Positions 1 to 10,893 are shown, counted from the first letter of the stretch. The stretch is 64,000 bases of DNA from Candidatus Hodarchaeota archaeon (GCA_016839815.1 JAEOTM010000066.1:20116-84115); one strand, 5' to 3'. Made by a program: numbers and translations. Notes: generated from the letters alone by a model not told the origin.

Positions 1-548
1 TTTGCCATAACTTCATCCATTGTGACGCCACTACCTTTATCTAATTGCTTAACTAATTTCTTAAGTTTGATCTTTAAATCTTCTAAAGACGCTACTCCAA
101 GATCAATTCCTTCAACGACTGCAGATTTTACAGTGATTTCTGAATCAGTATGACGACCCTGTTGAACTATCTTCAATCGATGATAAATAAACCAATTATC
201 ATCCATAATATCTTCTATTATATCAGGGGTAATAAAAACATCAATTTTCTCATCTTGCTCAGATATTTGCACCTGTCCAAGGATCTCGACCTTATCCCAT
301 TGAGAAAACGACTCTAATTGTCCATCCCAAGACTTTACCAATATTCCTCCACTTCCATCTTCGACTTTTAATCCAAGATAGTTGTTTTGCCCCTCATATT
401 TCTCTGTTATTACTCCTACCATCCATATTCGAAATAAACTTGATCCATCTGAAGTTCTTAATCGCCAACGTTCTTCATTGTCTTTAATAACCTCTGAACT
501 AGTGATGGTTTGAATTTTTATCCGTTTATAGGGTGCACGTCTTTTCAT
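1..548 (-). CDS. RPA32/RPA2-like OB-fold single-stranded DNA-binding subunit (runs off the window edge)
   Basis: Not in ORF track. Manual translation from ATG at 548: MKRRAPYKRIKIQTI...RIWMVGVITEKY...LKVEDGSGGILVKSWD...KVEILGQVQ...DNWFIYHRLKIV. This is an RPA2-type OB fold followed by the start of a winged helix (KQLDKGSGVTMDEV). Confidence 0.75.
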   Translation of the reverse strand, partial: MKRRAPYKRIKIQTITSSEVIKDNEERWRLRTSDGSSLFRIWMVGVITEKYEGQNNYLGLKVEDGSGGILVKSWDGQLESFSQWDKVEILGQVQISEQDEKIDVFITPDIIEDIMDDNWFIYHRLKIVQQGRHTDSEITVKSAVVEGIDLGVASLEDLKIKLKKLVKQLDKGSGVTMDEVMA

Positions 549-571
549 CTAAACCCTCTCATATTATAAGG

Positions 572-1021
572 TTACTCAATCCATGGTTCGTTAATAAGAT
601 CATAGGATACATAGTCTTCTTCTTGAAATAATACACCTAACTCATACAAGGCTCTTTCTGGTTTATCCGATGAATGGAGAATATTTTTTGTTAAATCATT
701 TCCATAATCACCGCGGATGGTTCCAGGTTCAGCTTCTGGTGAATTAGTGACACCAGCTAATTTTCTCACTACTTTGACACTGTTTTTCCCTTGAATTGCA
801 ATGGCAACTAATGGTCCGGAAGTAATAAAAGAATTTAAAAGCGGATAGAATACTTTATCAACATGAATGTCATAGAGTTTGTCTACATAATCATCTGTTA
901 ACATCATCATTTTAAGAGCAATTATCTTTAGGCCCTTTCTCTCTATACGGGAAATAATTTTGCCTATGAGCCCTCTTTGTACCGCATCTGGTTTAATAAC
1001 CAATAAAGTTTTTTCAGTCAT
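572..1021 (-). CDS. ndk: Nucleoside diphosphate kinase
   Basis: IKPDAVQRGLIGKII, PGTIRGDYG and catalytic-His NILHSSD motifs. Confidence 0.97.
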   Translation of the reverse strand: MTEKTLLVIKPDAVQRGLIGKIISRIERKGLKIIALKMMMLTDDYVDKLYDIHVDKVFYPLLNSFITSGPLVAIAIQGKNSVKVVRKLAGVTNSPEAEPGTIRGDYGNDLTKNILHSSDKPERALYELGVLFQEEDYVSYDLINEPWIE

Positions 1022-1430
1022 TTTATTGCACGAATCCTAAACCAATTTTCAAATCTAATGATTTCTTATTATTTGGGAGGAATTATATTGGGGCTTAAGA
1101 AACTACTGTAAGGAAGAAGATGTAATATCTCGATATCTTATGATCTTAAATCTCTGTAGAGATTGAACTACTTAGTAATTTTTACCTTTTTCATATATAA
1201 ACAACTTTTCTGATCCCTCAACGAAATTTGCATTGAGAATATCTACCGAATAAATATCTACATCTCGTAATAACCTCACTGAATTTATGATTCTCTTTTT
1301 AGTAGTGTAATAACATTGACATTTTTTATTAACCTAAGCTAAAAATTGCTTCATACTAAGAAAAGACCTGATTCTTAACACAGGTCGAATGAATTCGTAG
1401 TAAATGAACTCTTTTTAATCAAAATATAAG

Positions 1431-3881
1431 GTGAAAACAGTGTTTACAACTTTTTTAGATTTAGAATTCATTGAACAAGCAACCCTTGGTGTTGTAATCA
1501 TTGTTGCTATTATTTCCTTTATCTATTCATGGTGGCTTCGTAAAGATGTTTTAAGCCATGATAAAGGATCAGAGGAAATGCAACAAGTATGGGAAGCTAT
1601 CAATGAAGGAGCAAATGCTTATTTGATGCGCCAACTAAAAACCATTCTTCCTATCGTACTTATTCTAACCGTTGCACTATTTTTCAGTGTATACTTGGTA
1701 CATCCAACCAAAGCAGCTAAAGATGAGTTTTATTATTTAGCCGATCCAACCTTAATCATTGCTATAGGTCGTACTATCGCTTTCATTATGGGAGCATCAT
1801 TTTCAATGATGGTTGGCCAATTTGGAATGCGTATCGCAGTTCAAGGAAATCTGCGGGTCGCAGCAGTTGCTGCTAAAGCGACAGATGAAGATGGAAATCA
1901 GCTAGATGTTGATCAAAGATACAGCAAAGCTCTTTCTGTTGCATATCATGCTGGTACAGTAACAGGTATGCTTACTGACGGGTTTGGACTACTTGGTGGA
2001 ACAATGATTTTCATAATTTTCGGAACAGCCGCTCCAGATGCATTGTTAGGGTTTGGTTTCGGAGGAACTATATTAGCTCTATTCATGCGAGTTGGAGGAG
2101 GAATTTATACGAAAGCAGCTGATGTTGGGGCAGATCTTGTTGGTAAAGTCGAAAAAGATGTTCCAGAAGATGACCCAAGGAATGCTGGTGTCATTGCAGA
2201 TTTGGTTGGGGACAATGTTGGTGATTGTGCAGGTATGGCTGCAGATATTTTCGAATCATACGAAGTTACTATTGTCTCATCCTTAATACTAGGACTGGTT
2301 CTATTTGAACTCGATGGACGAATTGTGTGGATCATGTTTCCTCTAATTGTTAGAGCTGTGGGTGTTATCAGTTCAATTGTAGGTACTTATGCTGTCGCGT
2401 TATGGAAGACTCCAGATGCAGAGAAAGCTATGTTTCAATCTTATGAGATTTCTAGTGCTATCACTATAATAACATCATTATTCCTTGCAACATTTTATGC
2501 AGGTGATTGGAGACTCGGTTTCCTTATCGCTGTTGGAGTTTTGCTAGCAGTCTCTTTCAACCCTATCACTGCTCGATTCACAGCAAAAGCTGGTGGACCA
2601 GTCGTTGAGGTATTTGAATCTACAGACGGAGGCCCAGCTACTACCATTCTTAGTGGTATAGCATTAGGATATGAAAGTAGTGTTTGGGCTGTTGTTGCTA
2701 TCTGTGTTTCCTTCGTTTTTGCAATTATAACCTATGCGATTCTCCCCGGCAATACTGGATTACCTCTTATTGATGGATTAGCTAATAACATTACTGTTGC
2801 CCCAAAAGAGATTGGAACAGCTATTCTTTATGGAATTGCGCTGATCGGTATAGGCATGCTTTCCCATACAGGAAATAATGTCGCAATGGACTCTTTTGGA
2901 CCAATAAGTGATAATGCTCAAGGTATCGCTGAAATGACAGGTATGGACAAAGAGTCGCGACATGTCTTAGAGGAATTGGATGCTGTTGGTAACACTACAA
3001 AGGCAATTACTAAAGGAATCGCTATTGCTTCCGCTGTTATTGCGTCAGTAAGTCTATTTGCATCTTTTGTTATAGATGTCGGACTTGTTGCTGATAACCT
3101 AGGCATTGACAGTCCTCTTCGGTTTGGATTACGTATTAACGTTCCCGCTGTTTTTGTTGGACTTCTTCTTGGTGCAGCTCTTCCTTGGATCTTCTCAGCT
3201 TTTAATATTAGGGCTGTAAATCGAGCTGCTGGTCAAACAATTGCAGAAGTTCGTCGGCAATTTAAAGTTCCAGGAATTATGGAAGGAACCAAGAAACCAG
3301 ATTATGGGAATGTTGTGAAGATTGTAACAGCTGCTGCACAAAGGGAGCTAATCAGTCTGACTATCATCGCCGTCAGCGTACCCATATTCATGGCAATATT
3401 CTTCTCAATTGCCCTTGGAGCTGTTGAAATTCCTGGTGTTAATACAGCAGAATTGATCGGGTCTGGAGTCGAAGTTCTTGGTGGTTTCCAGGCGGGTATT
3501 ATTGTCAGTGGACAATTACTTGCAGTTTACATGTCTAATGCTGGTGGAGCATGGGATAATGCCAAGAAAACGATTGAAGATGAAGTTAGAGATATAGAGA
3601 AAAATACAGGAAAAGGATCAGAACGTCACAAAGCTGCTGTTGTTGGAGATACTGTTGGTGACCCCTTAAAGGATACTGCGGGGCCAGCATTGAATCCTAT
3701 GATAAAAGTAATCAATTTGATTAGTCTTATCCTAGCTCCGCTATTAGTCCAATCTACTGGCGATGGAAATCTTCAGATTACTTTAGCAGCTGTCGGTGCG
3801 TTACTTTTCGTCGCTTTTGTTTGGGCTTATAGGAAAAGTTCACGAAAATCAGCGATAACTTTCGACATTGACGATGAATAA
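1431..3881 (+). CDS. hppA: Membrane-integral pyrophosphatase, K+-independent type
   Basis: [34 protein letters not shown] and [14 protein letters not shown] motifs; many TM helices. Confidence 0.96.
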   Translation: MKTVFTTFLDLEFIEQATLGVVIIVAIISFIYSWWLRKDVLSHDKGSEEMQQVWEAINEGANAYLMRQLKTILPIVLILTVALFFSVYLVHPTKAAKDEFYYLADPTLIIAIGRTIAFIMGASFSMMVGQFGMRIAVQGNLRVAAVAAKATDEDGNQLDVDQRYSKALSVAYHAGTVTGMLTDGFGLLGGTMIFIIFGTAAPDALLGFGFGGTILALFMRVGGGIYTKAADVGADLVGKVEKDVPEDDPRNAGVIADLVGDNVGDCAGMAADIFESYEVTIVSSLILGLVLFELDGRIVWIMFPLIVRAVGVISSIVGTYAVALWKTPDAEKAMFQSYEISSAITIITSLFLATFYAGDWRLGFLIAVGVLLAVSFNPITARFTAKAGGPVVEVFESTDGGPATTILSGIALGYESSVWAVVAICVSFVFAIITYAILPGNTGLPLIDGLANNITVAPKEIGTAILYGIALIGIGMLSHTGNNVAMDSFGPISDNAQGIAEMTGMDKESRHVLEELDAVGNTTKAITKGIAIASAVIASVSLFASFVIDVGLVADNLGIDSPLRFGLRINVPAVFVGLLLGAALPWIFSAFNIRAVNRAAGQTIAEVRRQFKVPGIMEGTKKPDYGNVVKIVTAAAQRELISLTIIAVSVPIFMAIFFSIALGAVEIPGVNTAELIGSGVEVLGGFQAGIIVSGQLLAVYMSNAGGAWDNAKKTIEDEVRDIEKNTGKGSERHKAAVVGDTVGDPLKDTAGPALNPMIKVINLISLILAPLLVQSTGDGNLQITLAAVGALLFVAFVWAYRKSSRKSAITFDIDDE

Positions 3882-3914
3882 AATTCAAACTCCCCTGAAA
3901 TATTCATCCTCCCC

Positions 3915-3930
3915 TTTTTTTCTTTTTTTT
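3915..3930 (+). terminator. Oligo-T terminator after hppA
   Basis: T7-C-T8 run about 35 nt after the stop codon. Confidence 0.5.
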
Positions 3931-4057
3931 ATTACTTTATTCAATTCTCGAAACTAACAGGTAATTGGAAAGACTCAATAATCCAATGAATAAAACCTTT
4001 AATGATTCTATTTTCGGTATAGCTGGACTAAGGTCAGTGGAAAGAGGTACTGGATAC

Positions 4058-4603
4058 ATGTATTATATGACTCAGATCCGTGAAACAATACGAATTCCCC
4101 CCAACAGATTTGGCCAACCACTAGAAGAGGTTATTCTTGATATCTCAAGAACGAAGAATGAAACGACAATTGGAGGAGATGTAGGAATGATCGTCGCAAT
4201 ATTGGCAGTGAGTGAAATTTCTCCTGGTCGCATTGTACCTGGAGATGGAGCAACCTTTCACGATGTAGAATATGAAGCGATCACCTTTCGTCCTCTTGAC
4301 GACGAAGTAGCGGAAGGTGAAGTTGTTGAAACCACCAAATTTGGATTTTTCATGCGAATAGGGTGTACTGACGCTTTAGCACATATCAGTCAAATTGCCG
4401 ACGAGTATTTTCAAATGTCTTCTCGTTCTTCAGGAGTACTTGTAGGAAGAGAATCAGGTAGGACGATTAGACCTGGTGATCTGGTTCGTGGAAAAATAAT
4501 TACTGCTACTGTCGATCATGTGAGTATGAAAATTGCAGTAACGATGAAAGGTGAGGGATTGGGTCTTAAAAGCTGGATTGAAGAAAAAAAGGAGGCAGCA
4601 TAA
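4058..4603 (+). CDS. rpoE1: RNA polymerase subunit E' (Rpo7)
   Basis: IRIPPNRFG, GRIVPGDGATFH and S1 domain; ATG 4058 with upstream GAGGT preferred over TTG 3965. Confidence 0.93.
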   Translation: MYYMTQIRETIRIPPNRFGQPLEEVILDISRTKNETTIGGDVGMIVAILAVSEISPGRIVPGDGATFHDVEYEAITFRPLDDEVAEGEVVETTKFGFFMRIGCTDALAHISQIADEYFQMSSRSSGVLVGRESGRTIRPGDLVRGKIITATVDHVSMKIAVTMKGEGLGLKSWIEEKKEAA

Positions 4604-4798
4604 ATGGTTAAGATCAAGGCCTGCAAAAAGTGTAATAGTATTGTTCATGGAGAGGAAGTTTGCCCAATCTGTAAGACGCACAACCATTTATCAAAAAGTT
4701 TCGTAGGAATGGTTATCATCCGAGACCCAAAAGATAGTAAGATTGCACGAAGATTAAACATTAGTCGTCCAGGCAAATATGCAATCAAAGTCCGTTGA
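4604..4798 (+). CDS. spt4: Transcription elongation factor Spt4 (RpoE'')
   Basis: CxxC...CPIC Zn ribbon, SKIARRLNISRPGKYAIKVR; conserved position after rpoE1. Confidence 0.95.
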   Translation: MVKIKACKKCNSIVHGEEVCPICKTHNHLSKSFVGMVIIRDPKDSKIARRLNISRPGKYAIKVR

Positions 4799-5378
4799 GG
4801 AATCAATTTTGGGATATAAACTCCCAGTTACCCTACGAGAGTCGCTTAGAGCCCCGATAGGCCAATTGTTTACTGGAGAGCATTCAGTTTCAGCCAAGAA
4901 GGCAATCGAATATATTCATAGTATAAATACAGGATTAACTGTTGCTATTGGTGATGTGTGTGCAAAATCTCTTCTTATCCAAGGATTTTATCCCAATATC
5001 ATAATTTATGATGAAAAAACTCAACGAACAGAGAACATCGTTTTAGATCTCGAATCCTATTCCATGTATAATGCATTTAATCCAAAAGAATGGATCTTAG
5101 AGAGTGCGAAATCTGAAATCAAAAATGCAATAGCTTTTTGTACTTCCAACAATTGCCGCATAGCAGTAAGGATTGACGGTGAAGAGGATCTATTAATTAT
5201 CCCAGCGATAATTTTCCTACCTCTTGGAAGTGTTGTTATTTATGGACAACCTCCTATAACCACTGAAGAAGGCCTTGTGGTAGCATTGATAACTTCCGCC
5301 CTGAAGGATGAAGTGCAAGATATACTAAATAAATTCGAATTTCATGAGGAATACATAAATGGAAATCACGATTACTGA
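4779..5378 (+). CDS. GTP-dependent dephospho-CoA kinase (DUF359)
   Basis: VAIGDV, IDGEEDL and YGQP motifs; conserved synteny. Confidence 0.9.
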   Translation: MQSKSVEESILGYKLPVTLRESLRAPIGQLFTGEHSVSAKKAIEYIHSINTGLTVAIGDVCAKSLLIQGFYPNIIIYDEKTQRTENIVLDLESYSMYNAFNPKEWILESAKSEIKNAIAFCTSNNCRIAVRIDGEEDLLIIPAIIFLPLGSVVIYGQPPITTEEGLVVALITSALKDEVQDILNKFEFHEEYINGNHDY

Positions 5379-5661
5379 AGAAAAACATAATCCCTTAATT
5401 GGCCGAAACGAGGTCAAGGCCCTTATTACTCATCTTGGGGAGATCACACCCACCAGAGAAGCTGTCCGATCAAAGATAGCGGCACAGATGAACTTTGATC
5501 TCGAACGTGTTGTAATCCAGGAAATCGTCGGACATTTTGGAGAACCAAAATCACAATTAATTGTACATTGTTATGATAAGGCCGAGGATGTGTCTGTTTT
5601 CGAGCCCAAGTTCCGTCTCAAAAGAAATAAAATCATTGCCGATGATCAAAAAGAGGATTAA
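5359..5661 (+). CDS. rps24e: 30S ribosomal protein S24e
   Basis: NPLIGRNEV, TPTREAVR; synteny. Confidence 0.93.
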   Translation: MEITITEEKHNPLIGRNEVKALITHLGEITPTREAVRSKIAAQMNFDLERVVIQEIVGHFGEPKSQLIVHCYDKAEDVSVFEPKFRLKRNKIIADDQKED

Positions 5662-5664
5662 ACA

Positions 5665-5826
5665 ATGCCGATTCGTAGAAAAGCAGTTCAATCATATTAC
5701 AAAGTCGATTATAAGAAAGGTACAATTAGCAGAACCAATAAATTTTGTCCAAGATGCAAAGGATCTTTTTTAGCTAAACACAAAGATAGAAAGTCTTGTG
5801 GGTTGTGTGGATACACAGAGTTCTAA
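5665..5826 (+). CDS. rps27ae: 30S ribosomal protein S27ae (eS31)
   Basis: Not in ORF track (53 aa): [53 protein letters not shown]; follows S24e. Confidence 0.95.
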   Translation: MPIRRKAVQSYYKVDYKKGTISRTNKFCPRCKGSFLAKHKDRKSCGLCGYTEF

Positions 5827-5846
5827 TTTTAAACTTTGACCTTAGT

Positions 5847-6839
5847 ATGACACCTTCCGAACCAATCATTTTGGGATTAGAAGGAACAGCTCATACAGCT
5901 GGGGTAGCGGTAATCAAAGGCAAAGAAATTATTGCTAATACGTCTTCAACTTACTTTCCACCCCAGGGAGGAATTCACCCTCGGGAAGCCGCAATTTATC
6001 TAGCAAAAGAATTTCCTCAACTTATCGGTGATACATTCAAGGGATTACCTTTTGGAATTGATAAAATAGATGGAATAGCATTTTCTCAAGGACCTGGCCT
6101 AGGTCCATGTCTAAGAACAACCGCTACTGTTGCTAGAGCTATTTCTTTAAGACTCGGAATCCCTCTTCTTGGAGTTAATCATTGTATTGCCCATGTTGAA
6201 CTAGGAAGAACTATAACTCCAGCAGATGATCCTTTGGTTCTTTATGTAAGTGGAGGAAACACACAATTAATTACGTTCTTAAACGGACGGTATCGTGTGT
6301 TAGGAGAAACTCTGGATATTGCGATTGGAAACGCATTAGATACTTTAGGGAGAGAAATGAATTTACCACATCCTGGGGGGCCTCATATAGAAAAGCAAGC
6401 ACAAACAGGGCAGGAGCTTTTACCTCTCCCTTATACGATAAAAGGTATGTCTTTTTCATTCTCTGGTATGGTAACTGCTGCTAAGAAACTAATACCAAAG
6501 CATTCAACTGCTGATATTTGTTATTCTTTTCAAGAATACACATTTGCAATACTTGCTGAAGCTACTGAACGAGCTCTTTCTTGTACTAAGAAAAAATCAG
6601 TTCTATTAACAGGGGGGGTAGCAGCTAATGCACATTTGCAGGAAGTAATTCAAAAAGTTGCTGATGAACAAGATTCATCATTTTATGTCGTTCCGCGCAA
6701 TTTAGCAGGTGATAATGGAGTGATGATCGCATTCGCAGGAACTCATCTTTTAAACACAGGAGAAATCCTTCCTATTCAAGAAAGTCAAGTTAAACCGAGA
6801 TGGAGAACAGACCAAGTTCAAGTAGGGTGGATTTCATGA
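5847..6839 (+). CDS. kae1: KEOPS tRNA t6A threonylcarbamoyltransferase Kae1
   Basis: LGLEGTAHT, GGIHPREAA, VNHCIAHVE and DNGVMIA motifs; ATG 5847 avoids overlap with S27ae. Confidence 0.95.
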   Translation: MTPSEPIILGLEGTAHTAGVAVIKGKEIIANTSSTYFPPQGGIHPREAAIYLAKEFPQLIGDTFKGLPFGIDKIDGIAFSQGPGLGPCLRTTATVARAISLRLGIPLLGVNHCIAHVELGRTITPADDPLVLYVSGGNTQLITFLNGRYRVLGETLDIAIGNALDTLGREMNLPHPGGPHIEKQAQTGQELLPLPYTIKGMSFSFSGMVTAAKKLIPKHSTADICYSFQEYTFAILAEATERALSCTKKKSVLLTGGVAANAHLQEVIQKVADEQDSSFYVVPRNLAGDNGVMIAFAGTHLLNTGEILPIQESQVKPRWRTDQVQVGWIS

Positions 6840-7489
6840 AACTAGTTCAGGCAGAAAGAATTGCTAAGGGGGCAGAGGCCGTAATATTCAAGGGGACATT
6901 TCTCAAAGAAGTAATTACAATTAAACAGCGAATTCCAAAGTCTTATCGACACCCAGAGATTGATCAACGGATAAGACTTCAAAGGTTAAGATCAGAAGCT
7001 AAAGTTATGACAAGCGCAAGAAAATTAGGCGTATCAGTACCGAGTTTGATGGGGATTGACCTTCGAAATTTTACACTCATTCTAGAATCTTTAGATGGAA
7101 TATTATTGTACGAGAAAATGGATACACTCCCAGTTGATGAATTACATCCGATATTTTCGAATTTAGGAACTCAGATTGGCCTTTTACATAAAAATGACAT
7201 AATTCATGGTGATTTAACTGTATTCAATGTTCTTGTTCAACCAGAAGATGAACCTTCAATAATTGACTTCGGACTCGGTAGAATTTCAAATGAATTAGAA
7301 GCAAAAGCGGATGATATACTTACTTTTTATTCAACATTAAAAGCAATCCAACCAGCTTCAAAAATTCTCTTTAATACATTTTTAGAAGGTTATCTAAGTG
7401 AATATCAAGAGGGGAAGAAAACTTATGAACAAATGAAAAAAATTCAAAGTCGAGCACGATATGTCGCACGGGAAGACCGACTTGAATAA
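6836..7489 (+). CDS. bud32: KEOPS kinase Bud32
   Basis: GAEA, KSYRHPEID, HGDLT and IDFGL motifs; ATGA overlap with kae1 stop. Confidence 0.94.
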   Translation: MKLVQAERIAKGAEAVIFKGTFLKEVITIKQRIPKSYRHPEIDQRIRLQRLRSEAKVMTSARKLGVSVPSLMGIDLRNFTLILESLDGILLYEKMDTLPVDELHPIFSNLGTQIGLLHKNDIIHGDLTVFNVLVQPEDEPSIIDFGLGRISNELEAKADDILTFYSTLKAIQPASKILFNTFLEGYLSEYQEGKKTYEQMKKIQSRARYVAREDRLE

Positions 7490-7512
7490 TACGATTATTT
7501 GGTGGAAAATAG

Positions 7513-8268
7513 ATGAAGTTCAAAATTTTTCATGAAGATCAAGAAGTACTTAATCAATGCAAGAGATTTATTGCTGGATGGCATGGTTTAGGAGAAATTG
7601 GTTATATCACCGTTTCTCACATGATTGAAGATCTCAAATTAAAACGAATCGCAACTATCATGTCAAGTGGAGCTCCCCCATTTATATCAGTTCAAAATAG
7701 TCAATTGCGATTACCTTTCGAAATATATGGAAAGGAAGACTATGATTTCGCGATTTTTATTCCTCACCTCCAGCCCTATCGACATGTACAAATCGAGTTT
7801 TCCGAAAGGATGTCTGAATGGATACTAAAACAGAAATCTCTATCTGAAGCATATTTTATCGGAGGGGTTGATGCTCGATTAAAGACTTCAGAAAATGATA
7901 TTCAATACATTCCAACAAGAGCATTTTTACAATTAGTTAACCTGAATTCTGAATTCCACGAAGAGGTTAAAACAAACTTGCTTGATCCAGGTTTATTCGT
8001 AGCAGGTCCTTTAGCCATTATGCTTGGGTATCTTGATATGAGTATGTTTCCTGCAGTAGGGCTTTTAGCATATGCCCAGAGGGAGCGTCCTGATCCATTA
8101 GGTGCTGTAGCTACTATTAAAAAACTGAACGAAATTTTAGATATCAATATTGATACAAATGAACTAGTACAGAATGCTCAAACAATTGAAGAAGAGATTA
8201 AGCGTCAATTAGCTCCTATTGAGGAAAACCAAGCAGATAATCTCTCTACTAAGCGGATGTATACTTGA
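7513..8268 (+). CDS. PAC2-family proteasome assembly chaperone
   Basis: GWHGLGEIGYI, GGVD and PDPLGA motifs; C-terminal MYT (HbYX). Confidence 0.85.
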   Translation: MKFKIFHEDQEVLNQCKRFIAGWHGLGEIGYITVSHMIEDLKLKRIATIMSSGAPPFISVQNSQLRLPFEIYGKEDYDFAIFIPHLQPYRHVQIEFSERMSEWILKQKSLSEAYFIGGVDARLKTSENDIQYIPTRAFLQLVNLNSEFHEEVKTNLLDPGLFVAGPLAIMLGYLDMSMFPAVGLLAYAQRERPDPLGAVATIKKLNEILDINIDTNELVQNAQTIEEEIKRQLAPIEENQADNLSTKRMYT

Positions 8269-8287
8269 ATAAATTTAAGTAGAATAG

Positions 8288-9079
8288 CTACTTTCCATGA
8301 CGTCGTTTTCGAGATTGATAAGTACGGATAGCTCTCCACAAGTCGATCTTTCGGAATCCAGGGAAAAATACATCTGCAAAATAAAGTTCACTGTATACAG
8401 ATTGCCAAGTAAGGAAACCTGATAGGCGTTCTTCACCTGATGTGCGAATAATGAGATCAGGATCGGGTATTCCATTGGTATAAAGATGTCTCTCAACCAC
8501 CAACTCATTAATCTCTTCTACATCCATTTCTTTATTGACAACTTTCTTTGCAATTGATTTCATGGCATCAATCATTTCTGCACGTCCCCCATAGCCTATT
8601 GCGATAATTAGTGTCGGTCCAGACTTCTCTGTATCAGAACTGGTTTCTGCTCTTCTTATTGCCTGTTGAACTTTCATCGGGAGCAAATGGGTTCGTCCAA
8701 TAACTTTAATCTTCACATTCCTTTTCTTTAACTCGGGATGGTCGATAAGTTCCTCAAAGGTTGATTCAAATAAATTCATTAATTCTGTGACTTCTTCATC
8801 TGTTCTCTCAAAGTTTTCAGTCGAAAAAGCGTATAGAGTCACATATTCAATCTCAAGATCCCAGAACCACTCAAGAATATCCTTCAACTTATCACGGCCA
8901 AGACGATGACCAAAAGTACTTGGAAGACGCTTTGCACGTGCATAACGCCGATTCCCATCCATAATTAGGGCAACATGGGTGGGGTGAATTCCTTCCTCAA
9001 TACCACCCTTAATTTGATTCCATAACCTACGTTCATACAGCTTATAGATCAGTGAATCAAACCTTAAATTTATTTTCAA
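8288..9079 (-). CDS. uppS: cis-prenyltransferase (polyprenyl diphosphate synthase)
   Basis: HVALIMDGNRRYA, YAFSTENF, IRTSGEERLSGFL and terminal RRHG motifs. Confidence 0.95.
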   Translation of the reverse strand: MKINLRFDSLIYKLYERRLWNQIKGGIEEGIHPTHVALIMDGNRRYARAKRLPSTFGHRLGRDKLKDILEWFWDLEIEYVTLYAFSTENFERTDEEVTELMNLFESTFEELIDHPELKKRNVKIKVIGRTHLLPMKVQQAIRRAETSSDTEKSGPTLIIAIGYGGRAEMIDAMKSIAKKVVNKEMDVEEINELVVERHLYTNGIPDPDLIIRTSGEERLSGFLTWQSVYSELYFADVFFPGFRKIDLWRAIRTYQSRKRRHGK

Positions 9080-9247
9080 AACTAAAATCCAGCCTTTTCA
9101 ATTGAGAGGATTTCGATTCAATATAAATTTATTAAGTAATAAAAATTTCTTGGAATCAATGTTCCGCAAGAAATTATGTGAACGAATTAATATAAATCAA
9201 GAGTCCTAGGAGAGGGATTCTAATTCACGAATAAGGATTTTAGAAAA

Positions 9248-9332
9248 TGCGGGGGGTGAGATTTGAACTCACGAACGCCTACACGACTAGGACCTCAACC
9301 TAGCTCCTTTGACCTGGCTGGGAAACCCCCGC
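9248..9332 (-). tRNA. tRNA-Leu(GAG)
   Basis: Reverse complement GCGGGGGTTTCCCAGCCAGGTCAAAGG..., anticodon arm CTAGG-TTGAGGT-CCTAG, long variable arm, GTTCAAATC T loop. Confidence 0.95.
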
Positions 9333-9344
9333 GCAGCAATATTT

Positions 9345-9707
9345 TTATCGTACAATAATCAAATATTCTTTAAATGGTAATTTGAATTCTGATAAGACTT
9401 TTCCAGAGAACAAGCGGAATGTTAACCCACCAGAAGAAAATGAGTATATCTTTTCTTTTCCTACGGGCTTCGTTCTGTAGTTAATTGCATTTAATGCTAC
9501 TTTGGCATCTTTTAAGGAAGGAGTCTTTTTTTTAACTGCAACAACTTCAATCTGAAGATTCTTAGCATCGTGTAAATCAACAATCTTAGAGGGTATTTCC
9601 ATTCTTCCTCTTAGTCCCAATTTTTCATCCCTGAAATCAATTAGCCAGAGATTATTATCAAAATCTTCCTCTAGTTGAAACACTTCTGCATTTATTAGCA
9701 TGTTCAT
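9345..9707 (-). CDS. rpoG: RNA polymerase subunit G / Rpo8 (RPB8 homologue)
   Basis: OB-fold size, SFSSGGLTFRL matches the RPB8 SxGGL motif; directly downstream of a SmAP3-type gene. Confidence 0.7.
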   Translation of the reverse strand: MNMLINAEVFQLEEDFDNNLWLIDFRDEKLGLRGRMEIPSKIVDLHDAKNLQIEVVAVKKKTPSLKDAKVALNAINYRTKPVGKEKIYSFSSGGLTFRLFSGKVLSEFKLPFKEYLIIVR

Positions 9708-9709
9708 TC

Positions 9710-10153
9710 CTACTCTTCTGAAGCTTGATCACTTGCATATCGGTTAAATATTGCACGGACACGATCTGCAACTGGTCCTGTTCCTTCAACACCCGTTTCA
9801 GATACTTTAACTCTTTCAAGAACGACAATTAAACCTGCTTCATCATAGACTTTAACGTCTCCAGGACGACGAAAGATTTGTTCCAGTTCTTCTTTTAAGC
9901 CCAAAAGATCGAATGGAGCTTCTTCTAAGTAAATCTCTGCGATTTGGTCACCATTTAAACAAATACGATGAATTTCATTAGTTTCATCGTCACGTTTTGC
10001 TTTTATTAAGACACAAGTAAGAGTCTCAGGTGATAATCCTTTGAGTTCTCCTACAAATTTTTTTCCATTCTTAAGAATTACAGCGACTCTTTTATTGTTA
10101 AATGCAGTGATTTCTTTTTGAAAAGTTCTTTTGGCTTGACCGACCATGGACAT
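9710..10153 (-). CDS. Sm-like protein with C-terminal domain (SmAP3 type)
   Basis: Sm fold (VAVILKNGKKFVGEL...LNGDQIAEI) plus Lsm_C-like domain (VKVSETGVEGTGPVADRV). Confidence 0.88.
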   Translation of the reverse strand: MSMVGQAKRTFQKEITAFNNKRVAVILKNGKKFVGELKGLSPETLTCVLIKAKRDDETNEIHRICLNGDQIAEIYLEEAPFDLLGLKEELEQIFRRPGDVKVYDEAGLIVVLERVKVSETGVEGTGPVADRVRAIFNRYASDQASEE

Positions 10154-10407
10154 GCTTAAGCCTCCTTACAAAACAAGCAGATATCGTTATTAGTAAATCC
10201 TTCAGATAATTAACCAAAATTTGCTTCGTAACGGTAATCTGGCTCGTTAAATGTGCAATTATCTTGTATATATATTTTTTCTGAAGTCCTGTACCACTTA
10301 TTTGGAGTAAAGGATATTATTCAAAGAAAAATGAATATTATTAATTGATAATCGTCTTTCAGCATCCAAAAACTTTGTACCATAATTTCTAGCCTTGGAA
10401 TAAAATT

Positions 10408-10776
10408 TTACAACGACTCAACGGCTCTAGCCTTAACCAAGAGGGACCAGTCTAAGTTTAACTTAATGATGTGTTCCAAATGGTACTCAGATTCTTCTTT
10501 ATGACCATAAGCTAGTACTATATCTCCCAAACCTATATGGGTCGTATCTATATCCTGTAAAATAAACTTAAATTCAGAAATCTCGTCCGATAATACTATT
10601 TCTGCATCATCTTTCTCTTTTACTTTACAATATATCTGAAATTTTGTTTCAGATGCAATATTAGCGAGAGATAACATAGTAATCTCTTCATAAGGTCTAA
10701 TTGAAGTTCTGATCAACATAATCCTCTCTTGTGTACTCTTTCCTTCATAATGATTTGTATAATTAATCTTTCTCAT
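10408..10776 (-). CDS. Small OB-fold protein, RPA14/RPA3-like
   Basis: Single OB-fold pattern (FQIYCKV...LSDE...GDIVLAYG) plus terminal helix LDWSLLVKARAVE; true start may be further inside. Confidence 0.55.
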   Translation of the reverse strand: MRKINYTNHYEGKSTQERIMLIRTSIRPYEEITMLSLANIASETKFQIYCKVKEKDDAEIVLSDEISEFKFILQDIDTTHIGLGDIVLAYGHKEESEYHLEHIIKLNLDWSLLVKARAVESL

Positions 10777-10893
10777 TTCTCTGATAATCTAGACTGAGGA
10801 GGATTTCGTTGATTGCCAAAAGAAACGCAGCTTCTTTAAAACTTTAGAGGATTTCAGCCAGTACTGAGCACAAATTGGTTGGAGATAATTTTA

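Noticed and set aside
1365-1386. Inverted repeat GACCTG-N10-CAGGTC upstream of hppA
   Set aside because: A single 6-bp stem with no second copy noticed; compatible with chance.
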